A DNA stretch of 64,000 nucleotides, taken from assembly GCA_037190965.1 (NCBI GenBank), contig JBBCKI010000048.1, positions 32,001-96,000 on the forward strand, in the 5' to 3' direction. Shown here piece after piece: positions 46,731 through 57,309 of the stretch; within the stretch, counting starts at the first letter, position 1, and each line of letters opens with the position of its first letter. Source of the stretch: Chthoniobacteraceae bacterium. Its GTDB lineage: Bacteria > Verrucomicrobiota > Verrucomicrobiia > Chthoniobacterales > Chthoniobacteraceae. The notes below the pieces were generated by a model. The model saw nothing but the letters and a program-made list of their open reading frames with translations. It searched no databases and had not been told where the DNA came from. The position numbers and the translations under genes are program-made.

Positions 46731-47609
46731 ATGAACCAGCAGATTCTCAGAATCGGACTCCCTTCCGGCAGTCTACAGGAGCCCACCCTGGCGCTTTTCG
46801 CCAAGGCCGGGTTCACGATCACTGTTCCAAAGAGGTCCTACAAGCCCTCCGTGGACGACCCGCAGCTCGAAGTTTGCCTTTTGCGCGCCCAGGAGATCAG
46901 CCGCTATGTAGAGAACGGCTATCTGGATTGCGGCCTTACCGGGCTGGACTGGGTCGTGGAGAACGACTCCAACGTCGAACGGCTCTGCGAACTGACCTTT
47001 TCCAAGGTAAGCAGCGCCCCGACGCGCTGGGTGCTCGTGGTGCCGGAGGCCTCGCCGATCCGTTCCGTCAAGGATCTGGAAGGCAAAGTGATCGCCACGG
47101 AGGCGATCAACATGACCCGCCGGTTTCTCGAAAAGAACGGCGTGAAGGCCGAAGTCGAATTTTCATGGGGTGCGACGGAAGTGAAAGTCCCGGACCTGGT
47201 TGACGCGATCGTCGACGTCACGGAGACCGGCTCCTCGTTGCGCGCCAACAAATTGCGGATCGTGGAGACGCTCATGGAGTCGTCCCCTCAGTTCATTGCC
47301 AACAAGACCGCTGCCCTCGACGCTTGGAAGCGGGAGAAGATGGAAACCCTCGTTCTCCTGCTGCGCGGCGCCCTGAATGCACGGGACAAGGTTGGCCTCA
47401 AGATGAATATCGAAGAAAAGAAATTGCAGAATCTGCTGCAAGCTCTACCTTCGCTCCGCAATCCGACCATCGCACACCTGGCGACGGGAGGCTGGGTCGC
47501 GGTGGAAACAGTCATTGACGAAAAAGTCGTCAGAGAGATTATCCCCCAACTCAAGGCGCTCGGCGCCGAAGGGATCATTGAGTATCCCCTGAACAAGGTC
47601 GTTTACTAA
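46731..47609 (+). CDS. hisG: ATP phosphoribosyltransferase (long form)
   Basis: [26 protein letters not shown]-terminal regulatory domain. Confidence 0.95.
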   Translation: MNQQILRIGLPSGSLQEPTLALFAKAGFTITVPKRSYKPSVDDPQLEVCLLRAQEISRYVENGYLDCGLTGLDWVVENDSNVERLCELTFSKVSSAPTRWVLVVPEASPIRSVKDLEGKVIATEAINMTRRFLEKNGVKAEVEFSWGATEVKVPDLVDAIVDVTETGSSLRANKLRIVETLMESSPQFIANKTAALDAWKREKMETLVLLLRGALNARDKVGLKMNIEEKKLQNLLQALPSLRNPTIAHLATGGWVAVETVIDEKVVREIIPQLKALGAEGIIEYPLNKVVY

Positions 47610-47662
47610 AAAAATCGACTAGAAACCAGCAGGTCAACAGCCAAGCAGAACAGTAGCAACGT

Positions 47663-47767
47663 ATGGGTTCATTAAAGAAAAGACGCAAAGCCAAAATTGC
47701 GAAGCACAAGCGCCGTAAGCGGATGAAAGAAAACCGCCACAAGAAGCGTTTGCGCTACAAGAGCTAG
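47663..47767 (+). CDS. Small basic bS22/mS38 (AURKAIP1/COX24-like) ribosome-associated protein, 34 aa
   Basis: MGSLKKRRKAKIAKHKRRKRMKENRHKKRLRYKS. Confidence 0.82.
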   Translation: MGSLKKRRKAKIAKHKRRKRMKENRHKKRLRYKS

Positions 47768-47783
47768 CCAATACGTTAGTGCA

Positions 47784-49685
47784 ATGAACCCACTGAGAGC
47801 CCTGACCCTAAAAAGCCGGCGGCTCTCGTGGCTCTTTCGCCTTTCATCGCCTGGCGTCCGTGGCTTGCGCCCCGGAATCTGCTGCGGGATTCGTCACGGG
47901 ATTGCCCGTGCCATCCATTACGGTATCCACCGCAGTATTCAAATAGGAATTGGGGTCGGTCTTCTGGCCGGCCCGATTCTGTTTTCCGCCCAAGCGGCAA
48001 AGCCGGGCCGTGCGTATCCCGGCTCACGGGGTGTCCAATCCGACATCCTGCCAAAAACAACGCTCAAGCCTGAAGCGACTCCGACAGATCTCCTCCTCCA
48101 GAAATCGGGGGAAAAGATTGCGGAGGCGCTTGCTTCGTTTTCAGAAGGTCTTGCCGCGGAGGAGAATGCCGACTTCGAACGCGCGCTCGAAGCCTACCGG
48201 CGCACGCTGTCGCTGGACCCGAGCAATACCGAGCTTGCGGTCAAGGTCGCCTTCACACTGGCCCAACGCGGAGAAGTTCCGCAAGGGATCGACATCCTTA
48301 AAGACGCGGCCAAAGCCTCTCCGAAAGAGTCGCTGCCCCCTCTCTGCCTTTCGCAGCTTTACGGGAAATTCCTCAAAAAGCAGGATCTTGCGGAACGATA
48401 CGCGCTTACCGCGCTGAACCTGGAGCCGGAAAGCTTCGCCGCTTATCTCGCGCTCTTCGAGATTTACACCGTCAGCAATCAACCCAAGAAAGCCGACGCG
48501 ATCCTCCACCGCGCCTCCCAATCTCCCACGCAGGACCCCCAGTTCTGGCTTCAGCTGGCGGAAATCTATTCGAAACTTCCCACCAACGACGAGGAGAAGA
48601 CGACCCGTGTCATCGCCGCCCTCGATAAGGCGTTGGCCTCCGGGAAGGAAAACCTGGCCGTCATGGCCAAAGTGGCCGATGCCTACGCCGTGATGCGAAA
48701 GGTGGAACTGGCGATCCCGCTCTATCGCAAGGTCATTGAAGGAAGCAAGAACCCACGCTCCGAAGAAACGCTGGCAATGCGGGACAAGCTCGCCCGCTGC
48801 CTGCTGGCCGATGGCAAACGGGATGAAGCGATCGCCGTCCTCGAGGCCATGGTCAAGGATGGCCCGGCTCGTTATGAGACCTACGAAATGCTGGGTGAAT
48901 TACACGCCCTCAACGATCAATTGGAACGGGCCACTCTCAGCTACCAGCAAGCCCTGCTGATCGACGCTTCGCAACCGGAGAAATTCCTCCGCATCGCCGA
49001 TCTCCAATTGCGGCAGAAGAAACCTGAGGAGGCCGTCAAAACGCTGACTGCGGCCCGGGCGAGGTTCCCTCGTTTCCCCAGAATCACCTATTCCCTCGCC
49101 CTCGTCATGAGGGAGGCGAAACAGTTTCCACAAGCTCTGGCAATGTTCGATCAAGCCGCGCAGGAAGGCCAGAATTCCTCCGAAGGGCTCTTTACCAGCG
49201 TGTTCTATTTCGACTACGGAGTGGCTGCCGAACAGGCCGGGAAGCTCGAACTGGCCGCGGAGATGCTTCGCAAGTGCATTCAGCTTGACCCCTCCAACGC
49301 CGCGCAGGCTTACAACTACCTCGGCTACATGTGGGCTGATAAAGGCGAGCATCTGGAGGAGGCTCTGGAGTTGATCAAGAACGCCCTCGCCCTCATTCCG
49401 GATGAAGCCGCCTTCCTGGACAGCCTCGGCTGGTGCTATTTCAAGCTCGGTGACTACGAGAACGCGATCACCTACCTCCAAAAGGCCGCCGAAAAGATGC
49501 AGCCGGAGGAAGCGGTCATCTTCGACCACCTCGGCGACGCCTATGCAGCCGGGGGAAAACAGGCCGAAGCGCTGGAGAACTGGAACAAGGCCGTCGCGCT
49601 TGATCCGAAAAACAAGGAACTAACCGAGAAAATCGACAAAGCGCAGAAGCGCAAAGCCCCGGCTCCCGCCGCTGTGGTCCCCTGA
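47784..49685 (+). CDS. Tetratricopeptide-repeat protein
   Basis: Many TPRs; NYLGYMWAD, FLDSLGWCYFK, DHLGDAY. Confidence 0.88.
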   Translation: MNPLRALTLKSRRLSWLFRLSSPGVRGLRPGICCGIRHGIARAIHYGIHRSIQIGIGVGLLAGPILFSAQAAKPGRAYPGSRGVQSDILPKTTLKPEATPTDLLLQKSGEKIAEALASFSEGLAAEENADFERALEAYRRTLSLDPSNTELAVKVAFTLAQRGEVPQGIDILKDAAKASPKESLPPLCLSQLYGKFLKKQDLAERYALTALNLEPESFAAYLALFEIYTVSNQPKKADAILHRASQSPTQDPQFWLQLAEIYSKLPTNDEEKTTRVIAALDKALASGKENLAVMAKVADAYAVMRKVELAIPLYRKVIEGSKNPRSEETLAMRDKLARCLLADGKRDEAIAVLEAMVKDGPARYETYEMLGELHALNDQLERATLSYQQALLIDASQPEKFLRIADLQLRQKKPEEAVKTLTAARARFPRFPRITYSLALVMREAKQFPQALAMFDQAAQEGQNSSEGLFTSVFYFDYGVAAEQAGKLELAAEMLRKCIQLDPSNAAQAYNYLGYMWADKGEHLEEALELIKNALALIPDEAAFLDSLGWCYFKLGDYENAITYLQKAAEKMQPEEAVIFDHLGDAYAAGGKQAEALENWNKAVALDPKNKELTEKIDKAQKRKAPAPAAVVP

Positions 49686-49704
49686 TCAAGGACGCAAGAC
49701 GGAT

Positions 49705-49868
49705 GGTGCGGCAGCACCGGTAGCACGCTCGCGCCGTCGAGCGCGGGTATCGGCTCTCGTGGCTTCATGAAGGCTGCATCCCAATACCAGAAGCCTATCC
49801 TGCGGGGATGGGCGGCGCAAAACGCGGCTCGTTAACCCATCCCGCGCTCGCGGCGCGAGTGGTCTACC
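49705..49868 (+). repeat. Family B REP doublet, copy 3
   Basis: GGTAGCACGCTCGCGCCG...CGGCGCGAGTGGTCTACC. Confidence 0.87.
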
Positions 49869-49948
49869 AAGCACGCCCACTCTCTCAGCAAATCGGCCAT
49901 GCCCTCTCCGGGCCATTTGCGCTCACGCGCTTCCTGGGACATCTTGAG

Positions 49949-52864
49949 ATGCCCATGATGTCGTTGGACGCCACCATCAAAGCCCAGGGAGAACGGCTTT
50001 TTGCACGCATGTGCCAGCAGCCGCGCGGCTTCTTCTCCAAACGCGGTATCTACGACCGGCTCATGGAGTGGTCGATGCGCGACCCCGCTTTCAAGACGCA
50101 ACTCTTCCGGTTTGTCGATGTGCTCCCCTCCCTGAATTCGGGGGCCGAGATCGTGCGGCATCTGCGTGAGTATCTGGACGCGCAGGCCCGGGTTCTTCAC
50201 CCGTGGCTCGCTTCCGGCTTGCGTACCGCGTCGGTCGCCCCGGCGCTTTCGGCCTGGCTAATCAAAGAGCAAATGGGCACCATGGCCCGCCGGTTTGTCG
50301 CGGGGAAGGACGCCTCCGATCTGTTGCGCCGCTACCGTTCCAACCTCCGCGACGGAATGACGACAACCGTCGATCTTCTCGGCGAGGCGGTCGTCAGCGA
50401 AGCCGAGGCCGAGGCCTTCCTTGCCAGGAATCTTGAAATGCTCGAAACGCTTTCCAAGGCTTTTCCCGAAGGGAGCAAACCGGGCGATCTCAATCTTTCC
50501 GTCAAAATTTCAGCTCTTTCGCCGGAGATCGACCCCCAGGATCCGGAACGCTCCCTGGAAGCCTTGAAAATACGCCTCCGGCCCATTCTCCGACGGGCCG
50601 CCGCCTCCGGGGCGTTCATCAACTTTGACATGGAAAGCTACCGCTTGAAGGACCTGACACTGGCCCTCTTCAAATCGGTGCTCGAAGAGCCCGAATTCCG
50701 CTCGGGCCCCGCGGCAGGAATTGCTCTTCAGGCTTATTTGCGGGATTGCGAGGCCGATCTGCTGGATTTGATCCGGTGGACCAGAGAGCAAGAGCGAAAG
50801 ATTGGCGTGCGACTCGTCAAGGGAGCCTACTGGGATTACGAATCGATCACCGCCCGGCAAAAACATTGGCCTGTTCCCGTCTGGGAAAGCAAACCGGAGA
50901 GCGATGCCTGCTTCGAGGCGCTCTCCCTGCTTCTGCTGGAGAACATCGACACCGTGGAACCGGCGTTTGCTTCGCATAATGTTCGGAGCGTCGCCCATGC
51001 CATTGCCCAGGCCGAACGCCTCGGGATCGCCCCCGGAGCTTACGAATTCCAGGCGCTCTACGGCATGGCGGACGACCTGAAACGCGCATTGATCGAGGAA
51101 GGATTCCGTGTGCGGGAGTATTGCCCAGTGGGCGAACTGCTGCCCGGGATGGCTTACCTTGTGAGGCGGCTGCTTGAAAACACGAGCAATGAAGGGTTTC
51201 TGAGGGCATGGGATCGCGGGGAAGCGGAGATTGACGAACTGCTCCGCGATCCACGCGATCGTCTGGTCCAGCCGCCGCCGCGACCCACATCGTCCCCTTC
51301 GGCACGCGACAGGTTCATTAACGCGCCCAACACCGATTTCACCCGCCCTGAGGCTCGCATGCGCTTCCGAAAAGCCCTTGCGGCGATCGATTCCGGTCGT
51401 GGAAAACATCATCCGCTGGTGATCGGAGGGCAACGGCGCCCGGGGAGTGGCGCCGTGCCATCGGCCAATCCCGCGCGGCCGAAGGAGATTCTCGGCACCT
51501 GGAGCCGTGCGACTCCCGCCGATGCGGAGGCAGCCGTCAAGGCAGCCCGGCTCGCGCAACCCACTTGGGAGGCGACCCCGCAGGAGGACCGTTCGGCAAT
51601 CCTCGAACGCGCCGCTTCCCTGATGGAAGAGAAACGTTTCGAACTGGCGGCGCTGGAGGTTCGGGAGGCCGGGAAACCATGGGGCGAGGCCGACGCCGAC
51701 GTGAGCGAAGCCATCGACTTCTGCCGTTTCTACGCGACGCAGATGCGGCGAAGAGTCCCCGCCCTCACCCAGAACACCCCCGGTGAGTGGAACCTGCAAC
51801 TTTACAAACCGCGCGGGGTCGGCGTGGTCATCGCCCCTTGGAATTTCCCGCTCGCGATCCTCTGCGGGATGAGCGTGGCCCCGCTCGTGGCTGGGAACAC
51901 GGTCATCATGAAACCGGCGGAACAGACCTCGCTCGTTGCCGCCGCGTTCATGGAGATCCTGGAAGCCGCGGGAGTGCCCGCCGGAGTGGCAAACCTCTTG
52001 ACCGGCATGGGCGAAGAGGTCGGCGCGCTGCTCGTGGAGCATCCACAGGTGGATTTCATCGCCTTCACCGGCTCGCGGGCCGTCGGCACGCAGATCTGGG
52101 AAAAGGCGGGCCGGACTCTGCCCGGACAGGCCAGTCTCAAGAAAGTCGTCTGCGAAATGGGCGGAAAGAATCCGCTGATCATCGACGATTCCGCGGATCT
52201 CGACGAAGCCATCCCCGCCGCCCTCCACTCCGCTTTCGGATACAGCGGGCAAAAGTGCTCCGCGCTCTCCCGCCTGATCGTACTGGATGGCATTTACGAT
52301 CGATTCGTAAGTCGCTTTGTGGCTGGGGCGGCCTCCGTCCCGGTGGGCGATCCCGGGGAACCGGGAACGGTAATCAGCCCGGTCATCGACGAGGAAGCCC
52401 AGTTGAGAATCCTGAGCGTCATCGAACGCGGAAAGAAAGAGGCGCAAATTCTCTTCCAGGGGGAAGCGCCCGCCGCCGGCTATTTCGTCCCGCCCACCAT
52501 TTTCGGGAACGTAAAACCGGGCTCATTTCTCGAACGGGAGGAGATCTTTGGCCCGGTGGTCGCGGTCATCCGGGCGGCGACCCTGACCGAAGCCTTCGCC
52601 ATTGCCAACGATACCCCGTACGCATTGACCGCGGGGGTTTTCTCGCGCACGCCGAGCACCCTTGAACGGGCCAGGCGCGAGATTCTCGCCGGGAATCTCT
52701 ATCTCAACCGGGGGATCACCGGCGCGCTGGTGGAGCGCCAGCCCTTCGGCGGCTTCAAAATGAGCGGCGGCGGAACGCAGGCGGGAGGCCAGGGCTATCT
52801 GGACAATTTCCTCATCCCCCGGGTGATTACGGAAAACATCGTCCGGCGCGGGTTTGCGGAGTAA
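49949..52864 (+). CDS. putA: Bifunctional proline dehydrogenase / L-glutamate gamma-semialdehyde dehydrogenase (no RHH domain)
   Basis: RLVKGAYWD, YLVRRLLEN, PWNFPLAI, EMGGKN, GQKCSA; start moved past the REP. Confidence 0.94.
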   Translation: MPMMSLDATIKAQGERLFARMCQQPRGFFSKRGIYDRLMEWSMRDPAFKTQLFRFVDVLPSLNSGAEIVRHLREYLDAQARVLHPWLASGLRTASVAPALSAWLIKEQMGTMARRFVAGKDASDLLRRYRSNLRDGMTTTVDLLGEAVVSEAEAEAFLARNLEMLETLSKAFPEGSKPGDLNLSVKISALSPEIDPQDPERSLEALKIRLRPILRRAAASGAFINFDMESYRLKDLTLALFKSVLEEPEFRSGPAAGIALQAYLRDCEADLLDLIRWTREQERKIGVRLVKGAYWDYESITARQKHWPVPVWESKPESDACFEALSLLLLENIDTVEPAFASHNVRSVAHAIAQAERLGIAPGAYEFQALYGMADDLKRALIEEGFRVREYCPVGELLPGMAYLVRRLLENTSNEGFLRAWDRGEAEIDELLRDPRDRLVQPPPRPTSSPSARDRFINAPNTDFTRPEARMRFRKALAAIDSGRGKHHPLVIGGQRRPGSGAVPSANPARPKEILGTWSRATPADAEAAVKAARLAQPTWEATPQEDRSAILERAASLMEEKRFELAALEVREAGKPWGEADADVSEAIDFCRFYATQMRRRVPALTQNTPGEWNLQLYKPRGVGVVIAPWNFPLAILCGMSVAPLVAGNTVIMKPAEQTSLVAAAFMEILEAAGVPAGVANLLTGMGEEVGALLVEHPQVDFIAFTGSRAVGTQIWEKAGRTLPGQASLKKVVCEMGGKNPLIIDDSADLDEAIPAALHSAFGYSGQKCSALSRLIVLDGIYDRFVSRFVAGAASVPVGDPGEPGTVISPVIDEEAQLRILSVIERGKKEAQILFQGEAPAAGYFVPPTIFGNVKPGSFLEREEIFGPVVAVIRAATLTEAFAIANDTPYALTAGVFSRTPSTLERARREILAGNLYLNRGITGALVERQPFGGFKMSGGGTQAGGQGYLDNFLIPRVITENIVRRGFAE

Positions 52865-52901
52865 CAAAAACGGCGCCGGACCTCCTGGAGATCCGGCGCC
52901 G
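52865..52901. terminator. Hairpin between convergent genes
   Basis: CGGCGCCGGA..TCCGGCGCCG with an A-run on the left. Confidence 0.7.
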
Positions 52902-52926
52902 CGACGTTTCAAATTTTTCCCAGGGA

Positions 52927-55359
52927 TCAACCGCCCCGTTTGAACTCCATCCGGCTGAGGCGTTTCAACTGGATCAGGGCGAACCCGACAAGCAGGGAAC
53001 CGAGGATCCACGCCATGGCCGTTGCCGGGCCGAACTGGAGGAACATGAAGGCCTGGTAAAAGATCCGCAGCGCGGCGACTTCCGTGATGGCGTTGGGGCC
53101 ACCCGCCGTCATGATGAGGATATTCTGGGAGGCCTGGAAGGCCCCCATGACCGCGCCGATGAAGTTGATCGCAATCAATGGGAGCAACGCAGGGACGACG
53201 ATGTGGAAGGTCTTGCGCCAGAACCCGGCTCCGTCGATCTCCGAGGCTTCAAACTGCTCCTCGGGAATCGTCTTGAGGGCGGCGAGATAAATCAGACAGC
53301 CGGGACCCGCCCCTGCCCAGACGCCGGGCAAAACACAAGAGATCATGGCAAAAGCCGGATCCTCCGGCCAGGCGCGACGGATGTGGATCCCCACGGCATC
53401 GAGCATGGTGTTGATCACGCCATTGACGGCGAAAAACTCTTTCCACAAGACGAAGACCGCCGTGCCGGTTAACAGCGCGGGGAGGTAATAGAGCGTCCGG
53501 AAGAGAAGCTTGTGCCTCGGCACAACGTGAAGCAGATAGGCCAGCGTGATCGGCACGCAGAACCCGACCGTCAGCATCCAGAAAGCAAAATGGAACGTGG
53601 CCAGCATCGAAGACCAGAAGCGTTTGTCGAACAGGGTGTTGGCAAAGTTGTCGATGCCGACAAAGGTTGACTTCAGCATGATCTGGTAATCCAGCAGCGA
53701 CATCCACGCCCCTCTTGCAAGCGGGAGGTAAGACCAGGTGAAGGCCAGGCCCAGCGGGATGATCAACATCCCCCAGGCGATGAACTTCGCCTTGCCGCGC
53801 ACGCGACTGGTTGCGGCCCCCGCCTCCGAAAAGGATTTGAAGATCACCCGGCCGACCAACACAAAGGCCCCGATGATCACCAATACGACGACCCAGCCGA
53901 CCCCGCGACGCTGCGCCATCTTCTCCGGCGGGACGATGCCGAGCATCCGTTCGTCAGTCGCCTTGACGGCGGTATCGAGGATTCGCTTGATCTCCTCCTT
54001 GACGGCTTTCTTGTCACCCGTCTTCCACGAATTGGCAATTTTCGAACTCAGCAAAATCTGGTCGAGCGGATAGGTCATCTCGAGATAAACGAGGTCGCAA
54101 TTTTTGCCGTAGGGCTCGGGCTTCCCGTTCGCCATGGCGATCTTGAACTCTTCCTCGGTGCCGGGCGGCACCATCTCAAGGAAAGAGGTGAACCCGAAAC
54201 GCCGCAAATCAACCGGGTTGATGACGTTGGCTGTGCCGAGTTCGACTAGCGCTTCGGTTCGGATCCGCTGCGCCTCGTCGCTACCGTAGAAGTTAATGTA
54301 TTCCCAGGCGGCAGCCCGCACTTTGGGGTCTTTGACTCCGGCAAAGATCCCCATCATCCCGGCGTTGACCTCCGAGCCGCGAATTCCTGTCGGCCCCTTC
54401 GGGACCGCTCCGAATCCCCAGACGTTGGGGTCGAAGCTCATAGAGGCTCCGATGTACCCGAAGGTCATTCCAATATAACGGCTTTCGGCCGAATTAATCT
54501 GCGTTCCAGCGTCGGTGGCCCTGGTGGCAATCCGATCTCCCTCGACCAACTGGTAATAGAACTCGAAAGCGTCAACCGCCGCGTCGGAATTGAACACAGC
54601 GCGCCACTCGTTCTTCTCGATCTCCTCCACGGCCTCTCCCCCGGTGGACCAGAGGAAGTTCATGAGGTTCCAGGAAGCCTGCTGCCCCGCGTTCAACAGC
54701 AACGGCTTGTTCCGAGGGTTGACGGCCTTGATCTTTCTGGAGAACTCCACCAACTCGTCCCAGTCTTTGGGTGTGCGCTGAGGAAGCCCTACCTGCCGGA
54801 ACAGACTCCGGTTGAAGTAGAGACCCATGACATAGTAGCGATACGGCAGCGCATAAGTACGGGTTTCATTATCAGGGCCGGGCCGACGAATTACGTCCTC
54901 GATCTGCGGAAGAATATGCTCCCCTTTCCACCCCGGATTTCCGGCGGTCTCTTTCTCGATGAACTCGTCGAGCGGATAGAGAATCCCCTGCCGGACATAA
55001 CTGTCGATCTTCCGGAAGTTGACGTAGAGAACATCGGGGGAGATGCCACCCGCGATCATCATCAATGGGCCGATCTCGCTCCCCATGCCTTCAACCTTCA
55101 GCCCGGTGACTGATTTAAGCTCAATATGCGAATACTTCTTGCTGAAAGCCTCCAGCACCCGCAAGTCGGCAATGTCGGTGGAACTGGTACTCCCCGGATT
55201 TGGGAGGCCAAACACCTTTACGACGGTTTTTTCGGAGTTTTCCTTCCCCGGACGCTCGGCGGCACACACGCCGGCACCGGTGAAAAAGGCGGCCAAGAGC
55301 AGCAGAGCCTTACGGACAGGGGCCGCAAAATTTGCAAATCGGTTCATACAGTGATGCAA
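52927..55359 (-). CDS. Fused extracellular solute-binding protein + carbohydrate ABC permease
   Basis: SBP_bac_1-like N-terminus (PKDWDEL) followed by TM helices and an EAA motif (EASEIDGAG). Confidence 0.88.
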   Translation of the reverse strand: MHHCMNRFANFAAPVRKALLLLAAFFTGAGVCAAERPGKENSEKTVVKVFGLPNPGSTSSTDIADLRVLEAFSKKYSHIELKSVTGLKVEGMGSEIGPLMMIAGGISPDVLYVNFRKIDSYVRQGILYPLDEFIEKETAGNPGWKGEHILPQIEDVIRRPGPDNETRTYALPYRYYVMGLYFNRSLFRQVGLPQRTPKDWDELVEFSRKIKAVNPRNKPLLLNAGQQASWNLMNFLWSTGGEAVEEIEKNEWRAVFNSDAAVDAFEFYYQLVEGDRIATRATDAGTQINSAESRYIGMTFGYIGASMSFDPNVWGFGAVPKGPTGIRGSEVNAGMMGIFAGVKDPKVRAAAWEYINFYGSDEAQRIRTEALVELGTANVINPVDLRRFGFTSFLEMVPPGTEEEFKIAMANGKPEPYGKNCDLVYLEMTYPLDQILLSSKIANSWKTGDKKAVKEEIKRILDTAVKATDERMLGIVPPEKMAQRRGVGWVVVLVIIGAFVLVGRVIFKSFSEAGAATSRVRGKAKFIAWGMLIIPLGLAFTWSYLPLARGAWMSLLDYQIMLKSTFVGIDNFANTLFDKRFWSSMLATFHFAFWMLTVGFCVPITLAYLLHVVPRHKLLFRTLYYLPALLTGTAVFVLWKEFFAVNGVINTMLDAVGIHIRRAWPEDPAFAMISCVLPGVWAGAGPGCLIYLAALKTIPEEQFEASEIDGAGFWRKTFHIVVPALLPLIAINFIGAVMGAFQASQNILIMTAGGPNAITEVAALRIFYQAFMFLQFGPATAMAWILGSLLVGFALIQLKRLSRMEFKRGG

Positions 55360-55364
55360 AGAGA

Positions 55365-57113
55365 TTATTTATCCGAAGGAACGACAATCCCTCGCAGGAT
55401 GACATTCTGCGCGCAAAGGAAGACAATCAGCGTCGGGACGGCGGTGATAAGAAGCGAAGCGTAAATGATTCCCGGCCCGGCACTCTGCCTCAACTGGTAA
55501 ATCCAGACCATCAAGGTCCACATCTCCGGGTCAGGCGCCAGGATAAGGGCAAAGAAGAAGGCGCCATAAGCGGAGATGAACGCTCCAAGGGCGATCACCG
55601 CGAGAATCGGGCGGGAGAGGTTCATGGTGATCCCCCAGAAAATCTGCCACTCGCTGGCCCCGTCGATATCCGCCGCCTCGTAAAGTTCCTTGGGGAGGCT
55701 GTCGAAGAAGCCCTTTAGCAGGAAAATGGAGAAGCCGTTCACCAACCCCGGCAGCACCAGCGCGCCGAAGGTGTTCAGAAGGCCGAATTCCTTGAGTTGC
55801 AGGAAGTTTGGAATCATGGCCACCTCAGCGGGGAAGGCAATGGTGGCAAGGAAAAAGAGGAGCACGTGATAGCTCTGCGGGAGCTTGTAGCGCGACAGGG
55901 CATACGCGGCCATGGGATTGATCGTGAGCGCACCGAGCACTGAAAGACCGATGAGAATGAGCGTATTCTTCACGCCATTCCCCTGAATCAACACCTCGTC
56001 AATCACGTCGAGGTAGTTCTGACAGACAAACCGCCAGCGCCAGAATCCCTTCTCGTTCTGGAAGTTCTCCCAGTCGAGCGCCATTTGCGGGATGCGGGCG
56101 TCGGCGACGCCGCGTTTCGCCGCCCACTCCGCGAACGCAATGTCGATGCTGCGGACACGGACATCCTGAGCCGTTGCCTTTATCGAGATGAACTCCTTCT
56201 TGGACATCCCTGCTGCGATCCGGGCCGCCTCCCCGGAGGGCGTCAACTCGACGAAAGAGGGGTTAAGCAGTTTTTTGACAAAGGAAAACCATGGGACACT
56301 GGCTCCGCCTTCCGGGGCGGTGCCGGGAAACGGGATCTCCGAATAGGAATGATACTGGGTCCCCGCCGTCTTGTTGTAGGCCTCAATTCCACCCTTGGAA
56401 TCGGAGTCCGCCCCTTCCGTTTTGACATCGCTGGCCTCGCCATAGAGCCGCACGAGATAAACCGAGCGATAGAAATTCCCGACGTTCCAGATCAGGCGAT
56501 GGCTTTCAGGAACGGTTTCGAGATACTCCAGAAATTTCCCCGTCAGGGCCGAATCGGTGTCCGGCTTGAAAACCCTCGCCTGCACGGGCGGTATAATACT
56601 GGTCGAGTGAACAACCTGGATCGAGAGCGCCTCATTGAGCTTGTCGAGGCTGCCGTATTGATCGAGCAACCAGATGCGGAAATTCCGGTTGTGGTAACCG
56701 GCGTCGCGCTTGTTCATCCGCGTGAAGGAGAGGCCGGCGTCGGTTCCCTTCAGAGGGCCATGCTCAGCCTTGAACTCCTGCCAGAGCTTCATCTGCTCCG
56801 GCGGAGCCGGAGGCACGGGGTAAACCGGCGCGTAGAAATCGACGCTCGAGGAGTTCGTCGCCATCGCGAAGTTCTCCAACGAACCGCCGTACTTCGCATC
56901 GACATACCGTCCCCAAAGGGCCTCTTCCTTAAAGAGAAACCGGGGATAGAAAGAAAACGTCTGCGCGTCATAAGGACCGGAGGTGGAACCGGTCACCGTC
57001 ACCAACAACGGCAGCACCATTGTCAGCGCGCCCAGAATCAGCAGTCCGTAAATGGAGGCGAAAAGAAACCGCACGGTGGCGGAGCGTTCCGTAATGGGGG
57101 AAAAAAAACTCAT
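55365..57113 (-). CDS. Carbohydrate ABC permease (MalG-like) with a large periplasmic insert
   Basis: LYEAADIDGASEW EAA motif; ~330-aa insert after TM1. Confidence 0.88.
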   Translation of the reverse strand: MSFFSPITERSATVRFLFASIYGLLILGALTMVLPLLVTVTGSTSGPYDAQTFSFYPRFLFKEEALWGRYVDAKYGGSLENFAMATNSSSVDFYAPVYPVPPAPPEQMKLWQEFKAEHGPLKGTDAGLSFTRMNKRDAGYHNRNFRIWLLDQYGSLDKLNEALSIQVVHSTSIIPPVQARVFKPDTDSALTGKFLEYLETVPESHRLIWNVGNFYRSVYLVRLYGEASDVKTEGADSDSKGGIEAYNKTAGTQYHSYSEIPFPGTAPEGGASVPWFSFVKKLLNPSFVELTPSGEAARIAAGMSKKEFISIKATAQDVRVRSIDIAFAEWAAKRGVADARIPQMALDWENFQNEKGFWRWRFVCQNYLDVIDEVLIQGNGVKNTLILIGLSVLGALTINPMAAYALSRYKLPQSYHVLLFFLATIAFPAEVAMIPNFLQLKEFGLLNTFGALVLPGLVNGFSIFLLKGFFDSLPKELYEAADIDGASEWQIFWGITMNLSRPILAVIALGAFISAYGAFFFALILAPDPEMWTLMVWIYQLRQSAGPGIIYASLLITAVPTLIVFLCAQNVILRGIVVPSDK

Positions 57114-57309
57114 TTCGTAAATTCAAAGGGAGGGGAACCCCCTGGTGTAAAACCAACAGGCCGGCTGTTTTACCATCCCTCAGCCCAGCCACAAATCAAT
57201 TTTCCTGATGTTGACCTTAAAATTTTCAACCTGAATTCCGATGCCGGAGCGGATGATCTTGTGCAATCGCCGCGAGCAACTTCGGAATTCAGGTTTAACA
57301 CCGGGAGAA

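Noticed and set aside
49808..49948. N-terminal extension of PutA, and small ORFs such as 49541-49768, 23215-23466 and 62139-62405
   Set aside because: These are translations of the family B repeat
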